Positions 56,769-64,000 of a stretch of DNA of 64,000 nucleotides are shown in pieces. The position numbers and the translations under genes were made by a program. The notes under the pieces were generated by a model. The model worked only from the letters and a program-made list of their open reading frames with translations, was not told where the DNA came from and did not search any database. Origin of the DNA: an uncultured Desulfobacterales bacterium (GTDB lineage: Bacteria; Desulfobacterota; Dissulfuribacteria; Dissulfuribacterales; QOAL01); assembly GCA_964573615.1 (NCBI GenBank), contig CAZNKD010000065.1, positions 5,843 through 69,842 of the forward strand, read 5' to 3'. The first letter of the stretch is position 1, and each line of letters begins with the position of its first letter.

Positions 56769-57959
56769 TCACTGCACAGGTCTCCAGGTCCTGCCCATCC
56801 ACTCAAGGATCAGGAGAGATTTGGGCTGAAGGCCAGAGTGATCGCTCTTTCCCGGCCGGAAGATCCCTGTTACCCCTCTATACTCCTGAATCTTCTCCTC
56901 AAGGGCTTCCTTGACGGACTCTGACCTTGTGGTGCCAGCCTTTTCGATGGCCTTTGCTGCCATATGGATGGCGTCCCAGACCTGGGCCGCCACCAGGAGC
57001 TGGTGGACGTCCATGTCAGCAATCTCTTCCGGATCCAGATATCTCAGAAAGCGCCTGCACTGAAAGGCACAGGGATGCCAAGATGGAACCGCATCCTTGA
57101 GGAATATCGCAGGGGCGACCCCGTAGATCTTTACAGGCATGAAACGGGCTCGGCCCTGATCGTCCACAGGTGGCTCGAGGGCTGTATGGAATAACGCTGC
57201 GGGATTCCTCATCCCGAGAATGGCCCCCCATATATGCTCTGCCCCATCCCAATCTGCCCAGATGATGTTCAGCTTGCTCGAACATCTATCCAACTGTGAA
57301 AAACGAAGGGCCAGGTTCTCCACCTCTGGGTCGAAGTAGCCCATACAGGCCAGCCTCAATCCATATTCCCGTGAAAAGCCCCTTATCCATAGCCCTACCC
57401 TGCGCCCCTCTTCGGAGCTTTCGAGGGCAGCGCCTATGGCAGAGATCCGCTTGGAGCGCAGAAATCTGAACAGGGCCTTGATCTCGGCAGACAGATTGAG
57501 GGATGTACTGAATGAGTAGGTAATCCTCTTTTTACGGAGAGGGAGCATGGGTTCGATGCCGGAGACCAAGAAGAGTATACGCTTGTAGGTCTCGGCATAG
57601 CGTCTTGCAAGGTCGTTCAGGGCCGGGTTTTCGGGGCCGATGAGTATCGCTGCGCCGTGCTGTTCATTCAGGGTCTTGGCTCCGGCAAGCATCCGATCCC
57701 CCTGCCCAAAGGTGTCCACCACCGCAAACTCTACATTCCTGCCCCTTATCCCCCCGGTCTCATTCAGCTCGCGTACCGCGGCACGGGCTGCGGTTACGGC
57801 GGCCTCACCCAGGTCGAAATTGGGCCCTGAAAGATCGAACAGCCCACCGATCACTACAGGACCAGAGGCTGCTGCCGGAAGGCCAGGGGCAAGCAGCAGG
57901 AAGAGCAGGCAAAAAAGGGCGCAGCCCATGAACGTGCCCGATTTGAAGGGAAAGACCAT
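56769..57959 (-). CDS. Periplasmic substrate-binding protein, type I (LivK/Peripla_BP_6-like)
   Basis: It has a signal peptide and VIGGLFDLSGP...AVRELNETGGIRGRNVEFAVVD, typical of the branched-chain amino-acid binding family. No cognate ABC genes are adjacent. Confidence 0.7.
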   Translation of the reverse strand: MVFPFKSGTFMGCALFCLLFLLLAPGLPAAASGPVVIGGLFDLSGPNFDLGEAAVTAARAAVRELNETGGIRGRNVEFAVVDTFGQGDRMLAGAKTLNEQHGAAILIGPENPALNDLARRYAETYKRILFLVSGIEPMLPLRKKRITYSFSTSLNLSAEIKALFRFLRSKRISAIGAALESSEEGRRVGLWIRGFSREYGLRLACMGYFDPEVENLALRFSQLDRCSSKLNIIWADWDGAEHIWGAILGMRNPAALFHTALEPPVDDQGRARFMPVKIYGVAPAIFLKDAVPSWHPCAFQCRRFLRYLDPEEIADMDVHQLLVAAQVWDAIHMAAKAIEKAGTTRSESVKEALEEKIQEYRGVTGIFRPGKSDHSGLQPKSLLILEWMGRTWRPVQ

Positions 57960-57999
57960 CTTCTTTACTGTCCGGCTTCAGTCCCTTACAACTACGGAA

Positions 58000-58896
58000 C
58001 TATTTGAGGCGTGCAAGCTGCTTTCTTGCCACCTTGGCCTGCGGGCTGTTCGGATAGGCCTTGAGCAGCTTCTTCAGGACAATGCGCGCACTTTCAACAT
58101 CGCCGAGGCGTGCAAAGGCAAAGCCCTGTTTAAGCAGGGCATCGGGCACCTTGTTGCTCTCGGGATAGTTGCTTATGACCTTCTGATACTCCAAGATGGC
58201 CTCTTCAAAACGGTTGGACTTGTACTCGCACTCACCGATCCAGAAGTAGGCGTTGGCCACCAGGGGGGCCTCAGGATTCTGCTGGATATAGGCCTTTAAG
58301 ACCTGCTTTGCCTCCTGAAACTTCTCCTGCTTGAACAGCTCAAGCCCCTTCTGATAGAGGTCGATCCGGCCCTCCTCCACCTTCTTTCTGGTCTCTTCCA
58401 CTTCACGGGCTGTCTCGGCAGAGGTCTGAACAAGTGAGAGCTCCTTTCTGAGCTTGTTTATCTCATCCTGGATCAGCTCCCGCTGCTTCTGAAGCTCCTG
58501 TTCCTGCTGGTCCTGGCGATACTTCACCTGCTCCAGAAACCCGTTGATCCGAAGCATCTCACTCTCAAGGGCATCTACCCGCACCTTCAGGTTGGCCACC
58601 ACCTTACGAATATCTGCCTCACCATAGCTTCCGGTCTCACCGGTCACCGCCTTGACCTGCTGCTGGAGCTCCTGGACCTGCTTTGTCAGGCGTTCATTCT
58701 CCACCTGAAGCCCTGCAATGTTTCGCTCAAGCATGTTGATCTGCGCCTGCGGGGCGCATCCGGCCACTGCCAACATGGCAGCAGCAACAGATGCCAGCAG
58801 CAGATACCATCTCCCTGATCCTTTAACAGCCTCCATTTGACAAGATACCTCCTTGTCCATCGATTGTTCCAATATCGTTTTCCGATCAGAAGCCAC
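58000..58896 (-). CDS. cpoB: Tol-Pal system protein CpoB/YbgF (coiled coil + TPR)
   Basis: It has a long coiled coil and the C-terminal TPR block AYFWIGECEYKSNRFEEAILEYQKVISNYPESNKVPDALLKQGFAF. It follows tolB. The signal sequence ends in the lipobox-like LAVAGC. Confidence 0.8.
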   Translation of the reverse strand: MASDRKTILEQSMDKEVSCQMEAVKGSGRWYLLLASVAAAMLAVAGCAPQAQINMLERNIAGLQVENERLTKQVQELQQQVKAVTGETGSYGEADIRKVVANLKVRVDALESEMLRINGFLEQVKYRQDQQEQELQKQRELIQDEINKLRKELSLVQTSAETAREVEETRKKVEEGRIDLYQKGLELFKQEKFQEAKQVLKAYIQQNPEAPLVANAYFWIGECEYKSNRFEEAILEYQKVISNYPESNKVPDALLKQGFAFARLGDVESARIVLKKLLKAYPNSPQAKVARKQLARLK

Positions 58897-60188
58897 TATC
58901 TGAACACGTTAGGCCCCCAGAATGGGAAGTAATCACTGGCACCATAGTCCAGGAGAAGCCTTTGTCCTTGGCCATCTGCAAACATCACAAAGAGGCTCTT
59001 CTTGCCCCCTCGCCTGGTGGATGAAAAGAGTATCTGTCTGCCATCAGGGGACCATGTAGGGTTCTCGTTACTCCCCTCCTCAGTGAGCTGGGCAGGCTCT
59101 CCGCCATCAGGAGATATGGTAAAGATATGGAAACGCCCTGCCATCCTGCTCACATATACGATCCTGTCCCCCCTGGGAGACCACTGGGGGTCGGTATTGT
59201 AGCTACCTGAGAAGGTGAGCCTCCGCACCCTCAGTGTAGCCAGATCCATTATGTAGAGCTGGGGTGAGCCGCTTCTGTCGGAGACGAAGACTATGCGGTT
59301 GCCATCTGGTGAAAAGGATGGAGATACATTTATCCCCGGCCCCCTGGTGAGTCTCTTGAGGATCCTGCCATTCAGATCCATCAGATAGAGATCAGGGTTT
59401 CCGGACTTGCTAAGGGTGACGCACAGCCGCCTGCTGTCTGGTGCCCATGCTGGTGACATGTTCAGACCTGAATGGGATGAAAGCCTCCTGACCTGACCTG
59501 TCGATCTGTCCTTGAGATAGAGGCAGGGCCTTCCGCTCTTGAAGGATACGAATACGATATAGCGTCCATCAGGAGAGTAGCGAGGAGACATGACAATGCT
59601 TTTTTCACGGGTCTCCTGCCTGATATCGAGTCCATCAAACTGGGCAGAATAGACCTCCTGCCCCCTCGATGAGCGTGAGACAAACAGAATCCTCGAAAGG
59701 CTTACACCGTGCTCCCCTGTTATGGCCAGGATTATCTCGTCACAGAACCTGTGACAGACACGATCGAGATCCGAGGCCGATGAGATATAGCGCTTCCCGG
59801 AGATCATCTCTCCAGAGGCCCTGTCCATCAACCTCAGCTCCACCACAAGCTCTCCACCCCTGTCTTCGACACGGCCTATCACCTCGTAGTCAGGGGCCCT
59901 GCCTGGAACGCCTGTATCGAAGGAGATCACGGAGAAAAAGCCGTGAAAGAGCAAATCCTTGGAGAGCCTGGTGATTATGCGTCTTACCGACTGGGCCTCG
60001 GAAGGGGTGCCATTGGCCGGTGAGATCTTGACCAGACTGATAGGGATCTTCCTGACATAGGGAGATGAGATGTCTATATAGAGCTTTCCGGCCCCCACCC
60101 TGGACACACCCGGCACAAAAAAGGAGGTGAGGAGCAGGACAAACAACGCTGCTACGATGATCCGTTGTGGTCTGTTTTCCTCATACAT
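58896..60188 (-). CDS. tolB: Tol-Pal system beta-propeller protein TolB
   Basis: Repeated SPDG propeller motifs are present (YSPDGRYIVFVS, FSPDGNRIVFVSDRSG, WSPRGDRIVYVS, WSPDGRQILFSS). The start is placed at MYEENRPQ, just before the signal peptide. Confidence 0.9.
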   Translation of the reverse strand: MYEENRPQRIIVAALFVLLLTSFFVPGVSRVGAGKLYIDISSPYVRKIPISLVKISPANGTPSEAQSVRRIITRLSKDLLFHGFFSVISFDTGVPGRAPDYEVIGRVEDRGGELVVELRLMDRASGEMISGKRYISSASDLDRVCHRFCDEIILAITGEHGVSLSRILFVSRSSRGQEVYSAQFDGLDIRQETREKSIVMSPRYSPDGRYIVFVSFKSGRPCLYLKDRSTGQVRRLSSHSGLNMSPAWAPDSRRLCVTLSKSGNPDLYLMDLNGRILKRLTRGPGINVSPSFSPDGNRIVFVSDRSGSPQLYIMDLATLRVRRLTFSGSYNTDPQWSPRGDRIVYVSRMAGRFHIFTISPDGGEPAQLTEEGSNENPTWSPDGRQILFSSTRRGGKKSLFVMFADGQGQRLLLDYGASDYFPFWGPNVFR

Positions 60189-60220
60189 GGGCAAAATTAT
60201 ACGTGAATCGGGACTGAATG

Positions 60221-60263
60221 AAAACAAAAAAGCCCCGGCCGCCTTGTTGGCTACCGGGGCTTT
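60221..60263 (-). terminator. Rho-independent terminator after the YTD-type cluster
   Basis: The minus strand reads AAAGCCCCGG-uagccaacaaggcgg-CCGGGGCUUU followed by UUUGUUUUC, 45 nt after the last gene's stop. Confidence 0.7.
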
Positions 60264-60307
60264 ATGTCTTGTCTTCTTGATGGTGTGAGGGATCCAGGAA
60301 TCCTCTC

Positions 60308-60499
60308 TTACCACCAGCTTATTACCTGGTCAGCATCCCAGATCATCTGTACCAGGGTATCATAGTTGGGATCATTCATATAGAGTTTGAACTCCATGAC
60401 ATCCCTGTCCCTGTTGAGGATCTCCACAAGCTTCTTGGTGTCCTCGTTGGGCTCTGAACGGTAAACATGCAATATTTTCATTTTCTTTTCGTCGCTCAT
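60308..60499 (-). CDS. Small conserved hypothetical protein (63 aa), fifth gene of the YedE-TusA-DsrE cluster
   Basis: It is tightly packed, 13 nt after the preceding gene. I recognise no motif beyond a DsrH-like N-terminal beta strand (KILHVY). Confidence 0.55.
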   Translation of the reverse strand: MSDEKKMKILHVYRSEPNEDTKKLVEILNRDRDVMEFKLYMNDPNYDTLVQMIWDADQVISWW

Positions 60500-60512
60500 G
60501 AGTCACCCCCTC

Positions 60513-60854
60513 TTAGTCTTCTGAACATGCTGGTGGAGGAGTCTTGGACTGCTTGGGCAGGCCGTAAGGAATGATGTAATCGGCCTCACGAAGCCTCTCG
60601 CCCAGCTCTTCCAGGCTCAGTTTGGTGAGCTCAACGCCCTCGACATCATCGCCGTCGATGGTGAAGACATCACCCTCCATATCCTTGATCCACTCGATGT
60701 TTTCCTTCACATAGTCGGAAAAACGGGGATACTCGTTGTACATAAAACACGGATATGCATAGTGGTTCTCCACTGCGAGACCCAGTGCGGAGCGCACTGC
60801 ATCCCCTGCATACATCCGGTTCTGCATTATGAAGTAGCACTTTTTGGATTCCAT
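60513..60854 (-). CDS. Conserved hypothetical protein (113 aa), DsrE/F-fold-like, fourth gene of the cluster
   Basis: It is tightly packed. The N-terminus KCYFIMQNRMYAGDAVRSALGLA resembles the DsrE/DsrF fold, but I see no obvious active-site Cys in the DsrE position. Confidence 0.55.
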   Translation of the reverse strand: MESKKCYFIMQNRMYAGDAVRSALGLAVENHYAYPCFMYNEYPRFSDYVKENIEWIKDMEGDVFTIDGDDVEGVELTKLSLEELGERLREADYIIPYGLPKQSKTPPPACSED

Positions 60855-60871
60855 CTTCTATGCCTCCTTGA

Positions 60872-61204
60872 TTACAGCACCAGGTATTTGCCGCACTCGT
60901 CGATGATAGCACCGTGATAGGCCTGGGTCCTCATCTGACGCGGGGTCAGTCCCTTGGGGACGTCGGTCTCCACGTCATAGCCCTCACAGGTGTAGCTGTC
61001 TGCGCAGATGGCCAGGTCTTCCACTTCGCACATGTTTGCCAATGTCACGAAGTCAGGATGCTTGGTCAGGTGAACGGACTTGAATGTGAAGAACACCATG
61101 ACCTTCTTGCCGGCGCGTGTGGCAGCAGCGGCAACACCCACCACATGCCTCATGTACTGGGGCGATGTTACGAATATTCCAAGTTTGTTGGGATCAGCAG
61201 ACAT
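60872..61204 (-). CDS. DsrE-family sulfur-relay protein
   Basis: 110 aa. KLGIFVTSPQYMRHVVGVAAAA... then AICADSYTCEGY, a DsrE/DsrF-like fold with conserved Cys residues. Confidence 0.7.
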   Translation of the reverse strand: MSADPNKLGIFVTSPQYMRHVVGVAAAATRAGKKVMVFFTFKSVHLTKHPDFVTLANMCEVEDLAICADSYTCEGYDVETDVPKGLTPRQMRTQAYHGAIIDECGKYLVL

Positions 61205-61241
61205 TAGTCTAAACCTCCTTTTGATCTCGGAGAATCGGTTG

Positions 61242-61499
61242 TTACTTCTTCTTTACGTAGAAGCGGATGAATCCGTCGTCTTCCTTCTCACCCAGATACT
61301 CGTGTCCGGCGCGGGCACACCAGCCGGGGATGTCGTTCCTGGAACCGGGATCGGTTCCGAGGATCTCCAGGATCTCACCAGAGTTGATCTTCTCGATCTC
61401 CTTCTTGGTCCTCAGCAGAGGCATCGGGCAGCTCAGTCCCTTTGCATCCAGAGTCCTTGCTACCTGCAATCCGTCAGGGGCCTGTTTGATGTCGCTCAT
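61242..61499 (-). CDS. tusA: TusA/SirA-family sulfurtransferase
   Basis: 85 aa with the canonical LDAKGLSCPMPLLRTKK (CPxP) motif. Confidence 0.9.
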   Translation of the reverse strand: MSDIKQAPDGLQVARTLDAKGLSCPMPLLRTKKEIEKINSGEILEILGTDPGSRNDIPGWCARAGHEYLGEKEDDGFIRFYVKKK

Positions 61500-61619
61500 A
61501 ACTCCTCCTTTTTACTATTTTTTATTTATGCCTGAAAAAAATTTATCCAGACGGCCCAAGGGCCGGTGCTCTCCCGATTGCCGGCCCCGAGTCTTTCTCT
61601 AATCAATCAAGGCTCAAGC

Positions 61620-62954
61620 CTACATCTCAACGATGAGCTTGTTGCTGTCCTCGTTCCAGTCAACGATAAGGTACCAGAGGAACATCATGAATACAATCAA
61701 GGCTAGGGTGCCGCCATAGCCCAGGACCCTGGGCAGGTATATGTGGTATCCGAGCTTGCTGCCCTCGTGCATCAGGCCCACACCCTCCATCTTCATCGCC
61801 TTGAACCAGCTGGTCATGATGGCATTGGTTATGCCAAAGAAGGGAACCACGAGCCAGAGCTTTACCTGGCCCTCACCCACACGCCAGAGGGTACCTGAAC
61901 CACAGCCGCCTGCCAGCATGGCACCAAAGCCGAAGAGGAAGCCGCCGAGGATTCCACCCCAGCCAAAGGTACCGCGGACATAGTTGTCCGGGTTCAGAAC
62001 GGCCTGGGCCCTCAAGGATGCGGCCTCGGCTGCATCGATGACGTCATCCAGGGTATCTGCCAAATCCTCGTCATCTATCTCGTCTGTGTCGATATCCTCC
62101 ACGACACTCAGCATGGAGGTGATCTCAGCGGCCCTCATGGGCACATAGTACTTGAGCACAGCTCCACCGATGGCCAGGACCACCAGGCTGATGGCCACGG
62201 ACTTGGCCAGGGTGCAGTCTCCTGTCATGTGGGGCTCACGAAAGGCCTGGACCATGCACCAGCGTCCGCGCTGCATGGTGTAGCCAAGGCCTGCCGAGAT
62301 GAGAAGGATGCCGCTCAGGGAGGCGACATAGGCATCGGTATTGCCTGAATAGACATATGCGCCCCAAATCAGGGCCACTGCCGTGCCAAGCCCGAGTATG
62401 ACCTTGAGGGCAAATGGAAAGTCTATGGTCTTTCCGCCGCTGATACCCCAGGTGATGTGCTCCATCTCCCAGTAGATGTACTTGAGGCCGACCACCACGC
62501 CGATAACCAGGCCGAGCCACATGGTAAAACCGTTTGCGGCCAGGTTTCCGATGGCATTGTACATACCGCCTACGTTACAGCCGCCGGCGAATGCAGAGCC
62601 CACACCCATGAGTATGCCTGCCATTACTGCCTTGACCAGCTCCCAGGGCGGCGGGATCCGGATGGCAAAATCGTTTCCGAGACAGGCAGAGAGAAAGGCG
62701 CCTGCCACAAAGCCAATACCTATGACGGAGCCGGAATTGGTCCAGAAACCGGCTGGTGTATGGTCCCAAAGCCCAACACCATAGAGTATCCACTCACCCC
62801 AGTTCCTGATGGCTCCAACTGCACCCCAGGGCCTCCACCAAGCCATGATCATGATGCTCAAGATGGCCACGATGATACCGGCCACTGTGGCATTCCACTC
62901 GGTCTGGCAGAGACCTTTGAAGATACCCTTGGCCTTTTCACCCAAAGAACTCAT
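61620..62954 (-). CDS. YedE/YeeE-family sulfur (thiosulfate/selenium)-compound transporter with an acidic loop insertion
   Basis: 444 aa and polytopic. Conserved Cys motifs are CLGNDFA, GGCNVGG and GGCGSG. An acidic insert VEDIDTDEIDDEDLADTLDDVIDAAE spans residues 284-312. Confidence 0.85.
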   Translation of the reverse strand: MSSLGEKAKGIFKGLCQTEWNATVAGIIVAILSIMIMAWWRPWGAVGAIRNWGEWILYGVGLWDHTPAGFWTNSGSVIGIGFVAGAFLSACLGNDFAIRIPPPWELVKAVMAGILMGVGSAFAGGCNVGGMYNAIGNLAANGFTMWLGLVIGVVVGLKYIYWEMEHITWGISGGKTIDFPFALKVILGLGTAVALIWGAYVYSGNTDAYVASLSGILLISAGLGYTMQRGRWCMVQAFREPHMTGDCTLAKSVAISLVVLAIGGAVLKYYVPMRAAEITSMLSVVEDIDTDEIDDEDLADTLDDVIDAAEAASLRAQAVLNPDNYVRGTFGWGGILGGFLFGFGAMLAGGCGSGTLWRVGEGQVKLWLVVPFFGITNAIMTSWFKAMKMEGVGLMHEGSKLGYHIYLPRVLGYGGTLALIVFMMFLWYLIVDWNEDSNKLIVEM

Positions 62955-63061
62955 AGTCGCCTCTCCCCCTTGCTCAAAGAGTTTGTTTTGAGTTACCCGT
63001 TGCGCTCGTGAAGCTTAAAAGGTAATAACTTACAGGTACGGATATCGAGGTCTGTACCAAA

Positions 63062-63092
63062 ATTCAACATCCATGTCAAGAAGATGTTGAAT
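63062..63092. promoter_or_regulatory. Perfect 10-bp inverted repeat (operator-like) over a TTGACA -35 box of the putative yedE promoter
   Basis: ATTCAACATC-N11-GATGTTGAAT. On the minus strand the spacer contains TTGACA, with TACAGA 17 nt downstream. Confidence 0.5.
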
Positions 63093-63155
63093 GAGTATTC
63101 AGTCTTTCTGCCCGGTTGAATCTCAGTTTCAAAATCTACAATGAGGTGAAATCAC

Positions 63156-64000
63156 ATGATTTTTCCCAAGCTGTTAGGGCTTGCAATAGCGCTGTTCTTC
63201 ATCTGCTTGATGGCCGCTGAGATGGCCCAGGCAGGCGAGGCCTCTGCCATCCATGTAAAGAGGCTGAAAAACGGGCTCAGCGCCATCGTGAAAGAGAGCC
63301 ACAGGGCCCCTGTGGTAGCGGTGCAGATATGGGTGCGGGCAGGCAGCACCTTCGAAACAGAGAAGCAGGCCGGGATCACCCATCTCATCGAGCACATGAT
63401 ATTCAAGGGCACAGAGAGGCGGCCGCCAGGTGAGCTTGCCCGCACCATAGAGTCCCTTGGAGGGACCATCAATGCATATACTTCCTACGACTATACGGTA
63501 TATCACTGTGTGGTGCCCAAGGATCACCTGGATACTGCCCTGGACATCCTGGAGGATGCGGTCTTCCACTCCACCTTCGACCCCCAGGAGTTGGAGCGGG
63601 AAAAGGAGGTGGTGCTGGAGGAGATGCGCATGAGAAACGACCGCCCCCAGACCGTGCTCTTCGAGGATCTCATGAGGATCTCATACCAGAAGCTACCCTA
63701 CAAAAGGCCGATAATAGGCTATGAGGAGACGGTGAGATCCTTTACCAGGGACGACATCCTGAAATACATGGCAGACCGCTACAGGCCGGCACACATGGCT
63801 GTAGTTGTCACAGGCGACGTGGACGGAAAGGATGCCATATCGAGGATAGAAGCCATCTTCTCCAAGGAGCCCAAGGAGCCCGCCCTCGAGATGGTCTTTC
63901 CAAAGGAGCCGAAACAGGGCGACATACGCCTTTCAATAAAAGAGATGGACTGCCAGCAGGCATACCTTGCGCTCTCCTTTTCCGGCCTGCCGGGCTTCGA
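63156..64000 (+). CDS. M16-family (insulinase/pitrilysin-like) zinc peptidase, N-terminal part (runs off the window)
   Basis: My own translation from the ATG at 63156 (SD GAGGTG) gives a signal peptide. The HxxEH zinc motif is GITHLIEHMIFKG, and the downstream Glu block is EREKEVVLEEM. Confidence 0.85.
   Translation, partial: MIFPKLLGLAIALFFICLMAAEMAQAGEASAIHVKRLKNGLSAIVKESHRAPVVAVQIWVRAGSTFETEKQAGITHLIEHMIFKGTERRPPGELARTIESLGGTINAYTSYDYTVYHCVVPKDHLDTALDILEDAVFHSTFDPQELEREKEVVLEEMRMRNDRPQTVLFEDLMRISYQKLPYKRPIIGYEETVRSFTRDDILKYMADRYRPAHMAVVVTGDVDGKDAISRIEAIFSKEPKEPALEMVFPKEPKQGDIRLSIKEMDCQQAYLALSFSGLPGF

Noticed and set aside
1-64000. Scan for CRISPR arrays, tRNA/rRNA genes, IS elements, integrases, toxin-antitoxin pairs and phage genes
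   Set aside because: None was recognised. There are no spaced direct repeats, no transposase or integrase motifs among the ORF translations, and no cloverleaf-like intergenic sequences. The window looks like core chromosome rather than an island.

Overview
The window is about 58% GC and gene-dense, and reads as core chromosome of an anaerobic Desulfobacterota-like bacterium. That placement is inferred from gene content only: futalosine menaquinone genes, tungsten aldehyde:ferredoxin oxidoreductase, multiheme cytochromes, sigma54-controlled flagellar genes and sulfur-relay genes. I saw no rRNA, tRNA, CRISPR array, transposase, integrase or prophage signature. Left to right the window holds: tolQ/tolR/tolA-like genes, mqnD and mqnB, and a hybrid sensor kinase flanked by two Cys-cluster proteins. 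Next come an ABC half-transporter, lepB, a four-gene lipid-related operon, aor, and a long GH57 glucan-branching-type protein. A sigma54 promoter then precedes a TPR protein, an enhancer-binding protein and flgBC-fliEFGHIJ. After that are a helicase-exonuclease fusion, an HDOD gene, a multiheme cytochrome and a GGDEF gene, then a cobalamin riboswitch upstream of a pterin methyltransferase and putP. The remainder holds mscS, a homocysteine-methyltransferase/MTHFR fusion, coaD/rsmD, fba, and a porin with a Tat molybdopterin oxidoreductase operon. The right end holds an alpha carbonic anhydrase, tolB-cpoB, and a YedE-TusA-DsrE five-gene cluster. The four leads I rank highest are as follows. (1) A single in-frame TGA with a SECIS-like hairpin joins two cytochrome c ORFs, suggesting a selenocysteine multiheme cytochrome. 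(2) The YTD-type sulfur-trafficking cluster has an operator-like inverted repeat over its putative promoter. (3) A B12 riboswitch sits in front of a MetH-like pterin module that has no B12-binding partner nearby. (4) A 12-nt repeat array places five in-frame TGA codons at the end of the GH57 gene. All functional calls rest on motifs I recognised by eye in the supplied translations; no database search was run.
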